Below are positions 49,651 through 60,556 of a stretch of DNA of 64,000 nt, in pieces (the stretch's first letter is position 1; every line of letters begins with the position of its first letter). The stretch comes from Takakia lepidozioides (taxonomy: Eukaryota; Plantae; Bryophyta): contig CM060732.1 of NCBI GenBank assembly GCA_030704615.1, positions 56,358,001 through 56,422,000 on the forward strand, written 5' to 3'. The translations under genes and the position numbers were made by a program. The notes under the pieces are model-generated. The model was given only the letters and a program-made list of their open reading frames with translations. It ran no database searches and was not told the DNA's origin.

Positions 49651-51870
49651 TTAGTTGGGAGGGGGTGGGGGAGCCTTGCATACTAGGTGATGTAGTGAAT
49701 GGCGTAAGCAGGTTGTGGTTAGGTACTTGATATGGGGGATCGGGTTGTGTGTCTGTAGGAGTATTGGTGGTATATGCCATTTTGAGTGTTTGATAGATGG
49801 AGGCAATAGGGGAAGATCGGTACTGGGGGGGAGCAGGTCTTGGGCCGTATGTGGATAGTAGAGGTGGGGGAGAACACATTGGAGAGTGTAGGCTGCTGAG
49901 GGATGACAAAAGAGGGTGCGAAGGTGGTGTAGGCATCGATTGGTTTTGGACGTGGCTCGGGAGAACTTAAGAGTGAATTCGTTTGGTTTTAAAAGTCTAT
50001 GGCCGGTGGCGGTAGTAAGTTGGGTGAGGGTGGTGATGTGGCATTCTTTGAAATAGGTGAGGATGAGGGTCTTTTGTTTGGGATAAGAGACGTCGAGTTG
50101 CGATAAAAAAAGGCTTGTGAGCCATGCGCGTTCTAAAGGTGACGAGGTGTTCGGATAGGCTGGCAGATCGGTTTGTATGCTAATTTTCATTTGGCGTAGG
50201 ATGAGGAGTGTGCGTGCAGTGGGGGAGTGTAGGCAGGCCTGTAGGTGCAAGGATGATAATGAGTAGAGGCCATTGTATTTTAATGCAAGGTGTTTGAGAA
50301 GTCCCTGATAAATGATACCTAGGCGCCCAAGATCGTTGAGTGTTTCCTTTAATTGGGTGCCTAATGTACGAGCATATGAGATGATTAATGGGCTCGAACC
50401 AATTCCATAGTGGTCAGTATGGAGTTGTGTGAGGGCATTGGGAGTGCTAGTTGGTAGGCCACATACACGCTTTATTAGCTGAATAATACTTTTATCAAGT
50501 TTTTTGATGTCCGGTAGAGAGAAGGGTGCGGCATGGAATGAGTATTGAATTTGTGTTTGTAGTACGGATTGAATGATTGATAATTTTGGTCGAATGGCAA
50601 TAGGGGATTTGAGTAGGGCAAGGCTTTTGGTAGCGAGTTTGGATGATGTAGATTCTTTTTGGATATGCCGTGTGAGGGAGGGAACGAGTTGTATACCTAG
50701 GTAAGTATATGGCTCGTCTGGTCCTAGAAAGAGAAACGGTGTGTCTTGGTAGTGTATATAGAGTTTGCAATGTGAGGCTATGGCAGTTTTGGTGAGCCGA
50801 CTATGATATGTTGCGGCTGTGATGGCGCACTTGTGCAGGCTAAGTTCCATGCCTGACCATAGATTGAATCTGAATAGTTTGTTAACTTGTCGGTTTATGT
50901 GTTGTGGTTTATGTGTCAAGATAGCTAGATCATCTGCATATGCTGCAGCGGAGATGTCACTTGATGAGGTTTTGTATTGGTATCCGAGCTTGCCGCGAGC
51001 TAGCCATCTGAGAAGGGGTTCTAGGAAGATAATGAATAGGTAGGGGCTTAAGGTGTCACCTTGGATAGTTCCACGGAGGATGGGGATAGGCGGGGTGGAA
51101 CCATAGTATGCACCAAAATATTCAGTAGTATTGTTTGTGTAGATGTTTCCTATTAGTTGGACGGCATTAGTGGGGTAACCAAGGTCAAGCATGATAGCAA
51201 GTAGTCTAGCATGATCTAGGGAGCCGAATGCATTTTTAAAATTGATATATAAAAGATAAATATCTTGCTTTGTAAGTTTAGCATCTTCGAGTGCGGATAG
51301 AACATATTGTATTTGTCGTGTTATGCTGCGTGTAGATCGGAATCCTTCTTGGGGGTCACTAAGAATTTGGTGTTGCTCGCCATAACTTGATAGCATTGTG
51401 GTGAGTGTGCTAGTGAATAGCTTATATATGGTGTTGGTCAGTGCTATGGGCCTATAATTACTGAGATCTGTAGGGTCGCCTTTTTTGAAGAGTAGAATGG
51501 TTTGACTGTGCTTCCAGGAGTGTGGGATTCGTTTTAGTTTGTAACATAGTTGAAAAAAATTTAAAAATGAGGGAATGTAGTTGAGGGTCTAATGCTTGAA
51601 GTATGACATTTGGTATAAGATCGAGGCCTGGGGCTTTAGATTTTGATAGTTTTTTGAGGCATGATTCGTAGAGATCCATTGTAAATAAGTCTAGGATGCG
51701 GTCCGTTGAGGATCCTCTGTTGTCAATCGAGAAGCCATCTATATCATGCCATGGATAGTGTTTATCTTTACACATGCAGTTGGCAGTGTGGAGACTGGGG
51801 TGTAAGCAGTTTGTAACTGTGGGTGTGTAGGTTGAGGATGTTTGTGACCATATTTTTTGGTTGATGGGTA
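49651..51870 (-). pseudogene. non-LTR reverse transcriptase
   Basis: KAPGLDLIPN / LLFKKGDPTDLSNYRPIALTNTIYKLF..QEGFR..FKNAFGS..RGTIQGDTLSPYLF..AYADDL..YTYLGI. Confidence 0.95.
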
Positions 51871-53116
51871 GAAGCATGGTACGGGCCATCCAAAAGCGGC
51901 AACTTGCAGTCCATAAAAAATGGACATATGAAGTAGAAAACGCAGCACGCGGGAACGAAGTCGGAAAAAGTTGAATTTATTGTAGCCGTTGATTGTTTTT
52001 TTACATCAAGTTATTACCGTCGATTGGAGGTCGCCTTCATCGGGGGGTGGCTGGAAGATGGCTGGTCGCGTTGGGCTAGACTGAAGTGCGGGGACGACGA
52101 GCTGCCATGTATGACGCGCGATGCGCAACTAGAAGCTAGCCAGGACGTACGAGTTGATTGGGATTGGGAATGTGAAGAGATTGGGAAGAGATTGGGAATG
52201 TTTGATCACAAAAGTTTGCTTACCATTTTGTAAGATTTTTAGGGTTTAGCTTGTGATTGTTTCATCAACTCTACGCATGCGTGAAGTTCATTTTCATTTC
52301 TGTGTTTCTATGGGCGCGCTTGGGTGGTGGTAGCAGAGGAAGCGGGCGATGCGAGCAGAGCTTATAAAGTGCAACATTGTGTGTTGCTGCCATAGCAGCA
52401 GAGGGCACGAGGGTAGAGGAGTAGAGGAGGAGCTTGGGCGGGGGTGCTCGGTGTGTGCCATCGAGAAAAGCACTTGATTGTTGCCTGACTCTACCCTTGG
52501 TAAGTTTCGTTCAAGTTCGTGGCCAGTCGATTTGGTGTGCGGCATATCTGGAATTAGGTTCCTGCAAGCATGAATGTTTCTGTCGTAGCGCCTGGAAAGA
52601 GATGGCAGATTGCCATCCAAATGATGATCATGACTAGTAACTTTCCACTTGAACTCTACAAGTACGAGCCACCGCTGCGATCTTCACGCCTGATTCTATA
52701 CTTCTTGCATTGTGCATTTGAACACAGGTGGTTAATTGCCTTTCTTGAATCTTGACAGTGATGCTTGTTTTGTTTATCATTCTCTATGGTGTGTTCTTTG
52801 TTGGGTTGGTATTTCTCCATTTTTTTCCCTGACCAGAGAAGGATATACTTACGTCTTGTTAGTGAGTCTAGTTGAGCTAATTTTTGGAGCTACTTGCTAG
52901 CAATTCATGTTGTAAAACCCTAAAAATTTAGGCTGCACAGTCATTCATACATGACAGTTTGTATGTGACCATTACGGTGAGGGTACCTGCACGATGATTG
53001 ATCACAAAAGTCTGCTTACTATTACCTTTGTGAGGGGCTCACTCCAGTAGTTGGAGCTACCTTGATATAAACAATTGGTTGCATCAATCTGTTGTGTCTG
53101 AGCTACCTAGCAATTA

Positions 53117-53390
53117 GACCCCAACAGGGCCAGGGCCTTAGGCTCAAAATCGATACTTTGAAAGTTAGTGAACAGAGGTGCAAGCACTATACGGTCCTGA
53201 AGAGGGTGGCTCTCTGATGAGAATACCCGGGACACTGTTTTAGAAAATGGGTATTGCCTTCAGCGCGCCCACACATCGAGCATTGACAATCTCCCTTTCC
53301 TGTCTGCATGTGTTATTTGTTCAAGAATTGACCCCCCGCCCTGGGGTTAAATTGTAGTTTAATGCTGAGGATAGGTAGGCCTTTCAGCCT
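53117..53390 (-). repeat. dispersed repeat family, copy D
   Basis: CCCAACAGGGCCAGGGCCTTAGGCTCA..TTTGAAAGTTAGTGAACAGAGGTGC..GTCCTGAAGAGGGT matches 7162-7260. Confidence 0.75.
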
Positions 53391-54729
53391 AAGGTTCACC
53401 CATGTCACAAACTGGAAACAAGTTTAGGGATGTTTATTCCTAACTTATTTTTGTTCAAGCATTATTCATGCTTCGGACGTGGCTTTAGACACTTCAGCCT
53501 CCAAGTGAGCTTCATCCAGCAGGGTCAGTTCTTCCTGCCCAAACTTCAGGTACTTGAAACATCTCCTCTACATTTTTCTGCCATGACTTCAAATTGTTTA
53601 ACAGGACGGTCTTGCTTCCAAGAAATAGAGTCTGTCATCTTAGGGTATCTGGTATTAGGCACTGAGCCCACCATCTGACCTTGAACTAACTCATGACTTT
53701 GAGAGCTCGAGGGTGGTGTGCCAAACTCGCCTTGAACAGCCGCATTAGCTATTGTAGAGCACGCTGACATGCTCTCTTTGAGCACTGAAAGCTGAATGGA
53801 TTTTAAAGTTTTAGGCATGGTTGGAGTTGCTCTCTCACACGGCAATGCCTACTCCAAGGTAGGCCAACATGGTCGTTGTAACTTCAATATTAATCCGTCT
53901 GCAGTGGAAACATTTGAGTGAGAATATCCAAAGTTTGTGTTTAGTTGTTTGACCTGTTTTGTGTATGTTCATCACAGTTACAACTGGAGGAGAACTCCAC
54001 AGCAAGATATGTGCTGGAAGGGAGCACACAATTGTGGCATTTAATGATCGTGGGGAGGGATGAGGGGATCTGGCCTAATCTGGCCTACCATGCAGACTTG
54101 TGAACTGTTGTCGCTGGCTAGTTTCAAGTGAGACTGCATGCCCTTTTTTGTCAAGTTGCATTTGTATATGGCTTGTACCAAATGTGGTCGTTGTTATAAA
54201 AGGGACGGCCGTCAAAAGGGATGAAAGGCGGGCCCATTAATGAATACGGAAAAAGGGAAACGGAACGAACGGCAAGTACAGAAAAGCGAAATTCTTGTCA
54301 CATGTGTGATCCTAGTGGACTATCCAGCAGGGAAAGTCCACTAAAGAAAATAAAATCTAAAATCCAGTCACAGCGGATACAGCCAATATAAAACCAGAGA
54401 AAGGATCAAGAAAATGGAGGGAAAGTGAGTGCAAGAGGCGGCGTCGTTCTGAGTAACGGGCGTCTCGACGGGACAGACCATCAATACTATAGCTTGGAAA
54501 CTATGGAGGAACTAACAGACTATACGCTCGCAATATTACTTACGCAGTGGCATAGACACGAAAGGACAGAGCGGAGCTTTTCTCTTGAGCGATGCTTGCA
54601 AGCCCCGCAGGCTTACAAGAAATTACCCATAGCTTTCTGTGGCAACCATACGTTTTATGCTTTGTGCACTACAGGCATTCCTGCAGTTGTTACAGCCAAA
54701 ACAGTTCTGTGAGTCTTAAATGAAGAGAG

Positions 54730-55585
54730 TGAGAGGAATGGAGGAAATCAGGGTGAAGAGCACCACAATTCTGCAGAAACAAACGATTGCTACCCCACAG
54801 GCGATACAGATACTGGAGGAGCTGAGATTGCAAGGATTGCAAAGCCTAGATTGGACATTACACCATAGATAGTACATATTACAATTTTTGCAGAACTTTG
54901 AGCCAAGGACAGGAACAACAACGGTGAAGGGAGTTGAATTGATGATTACTCCCCTATACCTCCAGCAATTGTTTCAATTGCCAGCAGGTCAGGTGCATGT
55001 GGAGGAACACAGGGCAAGACTGCAAAATAGGGGACTTATTCCAAGAAGGGAGTTTCTTTAAAACTCAGGGTTATGCTTGTTACCAAGCTGTGTACCCAGG
55101 GCTAAAAGAGGTAGGCCAGGTATTGAACGTTCTGATTGCCATGAAACAGAACCAACAGTATTTGAGCAGATCCTTCACGGAGGAAATACTCAAAGGCCTG
55201 AAGGGACAGAGGTACAATGGGCGGACATAATGTACAAACGCACTGGTGGAGGAGATGAAAAGATTACAAGGCACTACCGCAAAGTCTCCTATCATAGTGT
55301 CTGGCCCAATCATTGCTCAAATAATCCTTGATTCTGGCATACTTGATGCGCAAGAAAGAAAGGAAATGGGAGTGTTTGAGCCAGAAACCACTGCAATGGA
55401 AGAGCAAGGCTCTTCACACAGTGAGGGTGGACTAGCAGGGCAACCCGAGACTAGAGGCAAAGACGGGGAAAGACTGTAGTGGCGATCCACTGGCTTCACG
55501 GATTCCGCATGATAATGTTTCCCAAGCTCATGTGCAGGAAGGGGCACAGCAGCACAGAGAAATGCTATTACTGGAAGCAGACCTT
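54730..55585 (+). mobile_element. degenerate accessory ORF, probably from an LTR retrotransposon
   Basis: LQSLDW..ILQFLQNFEPRTGTTTVKGVELMITPLYLQQLFQLP..YNWADIMYK.. resembles plant transposon accessory ORFs. Has stops and frameshifts and is cut by the gap. Confidence 0.4.
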
Positions 55586-56085
55586 NNNNNNNNNNNNNNN
55601 NNNNNNNNNNNNNNNNNNNNNNNNNNNNNNNNNNNNNNNNNNNNNNNNNNNNNNNNNNNNNNNNNNNNNNNNNNNNNNNNNNNNNNNNNNNNNNNNNNNN
55701 NNNNNNNNNNNNNNNNNNNNNNNNNNNNNNNNNNNNNNNNNNNNNNNNNNNNNNNNNNNNNNNNNNNNNNNNNNNNNNNNNNNNNNNNNNNNNNNNNNNN
55801 NNNNNNNNNNNNNNNNNNNNNNNNNNNNNNNNNNNNNNNNNNNNNNNNNNNNNNNNNNNNNNNNNNNNNNNNNNNNNNNNNNNNNNNNNNNNNNNNNNNN
55901 NNNNNNNNNNNNNNNNNNNNNNNNNNNNNNNNNNNNNNNNNNNNNNNNNNNNNNNNNNNNNNNNNNNNNNNNNNNNNNNNNNNNNNNNNNNNNNNNNNNN
56001 NNNNNNNNNNNNNNNNNNNNNNNNNNNNNNNNNNNNNNNNNNNNNNNNNNNNNNNNNNNNNNNNNNNNNNNNNNNNNNNNNNNNN
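55586..56085. other. scaffold gap (500 N)
   Basis: Run of N; the true size is unknown. Confidence 0.99.
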
Positions 56086-59000
56086 TCCGAATCAGTCGCT
56101 GCCCACACCATCCACAAAGGAGTCCGGAAACCGAGAGGCGGCCACTGCCAACAGAGAGGTATGCAACGATAATCATTCCCGACCTGGACCGTCAAGACCC
56201 TCCATAGCTTCTCGTGTGGACGTATTCGACATTTCCGACGAGGAAGATGATTGCATTGAGGTACCCATGTCCTCCACACGGTCGTTCAAATCCGGCATGG
56301 ACGTCTCTGTAGGTGCTACGCATGTGCCCTCGAGCATAACTCCAACCCGGTCCATTGTGCAGCTCCTACGACAACATCACCTCGATGGTTCTCGCTCCGA
56401 GCTGGCTGCTCTCGACTATGCCAAATTCCCAGTCAGAAAGGTAACGTTTCTGCCTCCCGAAGTCGATGGCAATGTCATCTTCGAGTTTCCACCTGTTTCT
56501 TCGTCAAAGAAATCCTCCGGGATGTTAACAGACATGGATCGAAAGCATGACGGACACCCCTGGTGTGTGACGAAGACCAGTAGCACGAAAATTGCTGATG
56601 GTGTTCGTGTACGATATGTCATCTGTGCGGGGAAGCTGAGGTGCCTCAATCCCACCTGCTTCCACTTTCTCTCCAAAGGAGGGCGGAGAAATGAGACGGA
56701 TTGGACTGGCACAACGCATCATCCATTCATTGTCTCCAGCCAAGCTCCTGCGGGTTCTTTCAAGTGTGCACATTGCAAAGAACCACCGACGTGCATGTCC
56801 ATGTGCAGAGCCAAGCAATACTACGTTATCCATTTGCTCCCGGACTTGACTAGAGCTTGCATACACGTTGGGGTCCACTGCCACCCCTTGGCGAGAGGCA
56901 ACATGCGTGAGGCTGTGCAGGAAGCACACGACATCATAAAAGAGGAGGTGAAATTGAGCCCCGGAGCCAGACCAAAGCAGATTCAGCTGAAGGCAGCCCA
57001 CAAGATTGCTCTTGGCAAAATCATGTCTGAAGATGGTTCCGACCGAGAGTCCTTGACCGAAGACGAGATGCGTGACCTCTTGGAGTCCGTCTCACACGTT
57101 TGTAGTCCGAATGTGCGGAATCACATCGTATCTTGCAAGCAGGAGTTCGACAGGGGGTCGGACATGTACTCAATCCTGGAGGTGAAACGAATGACTGGAT
57201 ATGACTACATCCAAGGTAGCAGGTTTCCAGGGCAAGGCAGCGAATCCGATCGTTGTTACATTTTCAAAATGTCGACGTGTGGGCCTGGGAGTGGAGTCGA
57301 CTTGGTCACTCGCATGACAACTGGAAACTTGTCGAATGCTTGGGTGATGTTTGATCACATCAAGCGAATTACAAACCATCAGTGGGTGACTATGGGTGCG
57401 CATGTTTATGACTATCACTCCAAGAGGCTCATGACGATTGCAATCTGCGAGATGAAAGGGGAGGACACACAGTCCGAGATGCATCTGTGGGAGGGCATAA
57501 ACGAGCAGATGGCAAGGGCGGGATTGCCAGAACCCAATTTTAGGGGATTCATGGCAGACAACGCTCAGGCCAACTGGGCAGCGGTGCGGCGTGTGTACGG
57601 TGAGGACCCCAATGTTCCAATGGAGGGGAAAGAGAGATCCTGTGGATTCCATTGGATGCAGAGTCTATCCCACTACACTACCAAATTTGTTGCTAGCTCA
57701 TTCCAGGCTGAACACCGTGTCCTTTGTACGACGTGGAAGGATGCACCCACATTTGATGACGCGGAGGTTAAGTTTGCTATCATCAAGGCTTGGTGGAACA
57801 CGTCAGGTGCAGTGGAGACAACCAATCTGGGAGCATTGCACAGCTGGTTGGGGTGGTGGCATTTTCGGTATCGACAGTTCGGACAGTACATGCGGGAGGT
57901 AGGCTGCTGTCAATTTCGTTCATTTGTCTTTCTGTTACAGACATTTCGATTGGTCCCTCACCATTGTTTGTGTCCTTCTAGGAGCGGTGCTTGGATTCCG
58001 ACACGGACATGCCGAACACGAATATGGCAGAATCGGTCCACTCCTCCTGGCGAGCGTCTTCTGCCGCACATCTGGTGGACGTAGTGACGGCCACAACGGA
58101 GGACATCGACAGAGCAATCATGCAGCAAGCCACGTACTACAAGTTCTTGAGCGGCAAACAATGGGGCTTTGGGCCGGACAGGGAGGAATTGTTGGTACGA
58201 ACAGCTTCGAGGTCCAAGAATCCAGTGAAATGGGCGACAGCATTGCGAGAGAAGATCAAAGGGACGCCTCTGCACCGCAGAGGTGAACACCTAGAGGGGG
58301 ACGTCCGGACTCGCCCTGTCAGGCGGAGGATTGAAGAGGAACCCGGGTGCAAAGAGGATTCCTGGAGATCCGACAGGAACATTCGGACAGCACCTCGAGG
58401 TCCCGTCATGTTGCCGCACAATGTGTCTTCCAGCAGTGGAAGCCCAAGAAATTCCAGATCGTCGTCGCCTTCAACCGGGGATTTCGTGCAAAAAATTCCC
58501 ACCGCTCCCTTGCCCCACATTCCGCCCGCTGTTATGCAGTATGGCCAAGCCATTGTGGAGACGACTGTGTCTGCATCACAATGGAGAATTGCTCGCACAA
58601 AGCCGTCGTTTCGAGGAAGGTGTTCCGCAATTCGTGTGGATACACGGCAACGTTGTTTAGAGATGATAAGGAGGAATCCAGATGGGGCTGTCCCTGCTCC
58701 TACTTTTACAGGAAGATTTGTCCATGCAAAGTTTGCGGAGGCGACAACCACCCAGTTCTGGTTCTGCAGGCACGACATTATGACTTGCGTGTATGGAAAG
58801 CCCAAGTACGGCATACAAACAATGCCAGAGGCTCCCCCGGTGTGGCGGGTGGAACCAGGCTGCGATCTGAGTCAGGTTGAGGCCGACGCCCTTACCGCCG
58901 CAGGATTTCGGATGGTGCAGCGCACTGACGTCCCCAGACAACCATTTCCGCTTCCACAGCCTCCACCACCGACCCCTGTGAGAGCAAGAACAATGGGACA

Positions 59001-59412
59001 CGACAGCTCTAAGCATCCTACACACCGTTGGGGGAAACCGAAGAGGCGGCGACCTCCCTCAAAAGTGAACGAGACAAGGATGGGGAATGCACTTTGGATG
59101 AACTGTACAATCCAGAGCTCGACAGAAGTGCCCCCACCAGGATTCGGGCGTGTGTATCAGATGGCCACGGCGGGCTCAGCTGTTCGCAATGAGGTGTACA
59201 CCATCACCATTTCAGAATTACCCACCTGCAATTGCACCGACTTCCAGATCATGGCGAACAAGGGGGCATCATACTGCCCTTGCAAGCATTTGTACTACGT
59301 GTACCTAAAGAGACTCCGTTGTAATTCCACAACTCATCACTTCATACATGCACCGGGGTTGAGCCCCCAGGAGGTTCACACTCTTCTGAATATGGATCCA
59401 GGGGACCAGTGA
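56086..59412 (+). CDS. second Mutator-family GCM-like/DDE/SWIM transposase, open after splicing one intron (57899-57981); 5' end lies in the gap
   Basis: DGHPWCVTK..CAGKLRC..CAHC..HVGVHCHP; VMFDHIK..FMADNA..CGFHW..YMRE|ERCLDSDTDMPNTNMAESVH; PTCNCTDF..CPCKHLYY. Collinear with 41215-44773. Confidence 0.88.
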
Positions 59413-60262
59413 GCTTGGCTTGCGGTCCACATACAATGGTACGCCCATCCTTTTCGGATAGTAGAACTGTACTGCTGCCAGTACCTCAGACTCTGGCCAC
59501 AGAAAGGTCCGACATATGTCTTGCCTACCAGTAACCTATTTTGCTCGAACTAAGATATTACTATATCGTTCACTTGTTTCCACGTGCATGTATTTTTGTA
59601 TGTTGGAGGGTTCATGTTTTTCTGCTTTCCGAAAACTTGCTCTCCTCATTCGACCTCCGACAAGGAAATGCGGCGCCGAATTTCCAAGTATCGTCGTAGG
59701 TACCCCCAGAGGCGGCCTTCGCCAACACCAAACCGCTCCGAAATTTCGCACGTGCGAACCCTAATGCGGCACCCTATTTCCCAGTTTAGTTGCAAACCTT
59801 TCCCGCCGAATACCCGAAGAAGACAGAATTGTGAAGTACTGCAGACTGTATTGGTGTAGACTCCATTGGTTCAATCGCGGCAAAAGGGTCAGCTTCATTC
59901 CAATGTTAAGGCATGTAAAACCGCGGAATACTCTATACAGGCCAGTATGCGACGTCCTTTTGCAGTGGTATACTGGATTTCCCGTTGCACGGTCACTTAT
60001 TTCCATGAGCGGATCTATAAAACCATGAGCGGACTTGTTACTGACGACATATCTTTGCCGCATTACATGATCTGGAACGTCCAAAAACGGCAAGGTCAAA
60101 TAAAAACTATTATTTTAATACTTGTTTAATCTGCCGCATTTCCAAATTTGGAGGAGTCCGCTCATGAAATCCGCGTATCTTAGACTTCGGCTCACCGCTC
60201 ATGCGGCTCATGCGGCTCATGGCTCATGGCTCATGGTTTCTGCTCATGAAATAGTAAACCTC
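56086..60262 (+). mobile_element. right part of a second Mutator-like element, ending at a TIR at 60262
   Basis: Terminus ATGAAATAGTAAACCTC matches the first element's ATGGAATAGCAACCCCC at 13 of 17 positions, with subterminal GCTCATG repeats. Confidence 0.7.
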
Positions 60263-60458
60263 GTCGTGACAGCTGTGTCAAGCTGTGACTGGCTGTGTGA
60301 AACTGTGACGGGCTGTGACTGGCTGTGCGACTGTGTTTGGCTGTGTCGGGCTGTGACGACTGTGACGGGCTGTGTTGGCTGTGTCGGCTGTGACGACTGT
60401 GACGGGCTGTGTTGGACTGTGACGGCTGTGACGGGCTGTGACGGCTGTGACGACTGTG
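60263..60458. repeat. GGCTGTGAC-type minisatellite
   Basis: Imperfect 9-10 bp tandem units, directly visible. Confidence 0.9.
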
Positions 60459-60556
60459 TAACCCCCCTGTACAGTGCGCTGCTGTCACCCCTAAGGCTCC
60501 TGTTGGTCTCAGTCTGTGCAAAAATTAAGGGTACCCTACAGATCCCGTATAAGTGT

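Larger units (their letters stand above)
46689..51870 (-). mobile_element. 5'-truncated RLE-type non-LTR retrotransposon (Dualen/RandI-like): RT - chromodomain - PCIF1-like MTase - RNase H - CCHC - restriction-like endonuclease
   Basis: Collinear frameshifted minus-strand ORFs (listed separately). Candidate TSD GAAGCA at 46683-46688 and 51871-51876. Confidence 0.85.

Noticed and set aside
55317-56279. ORFs spanning the N run, including the first ~185 aa of the 850-aa ORF
   Set aside because: These are artefacts of translating through a scaffold gap; the two sides belong to different elements.
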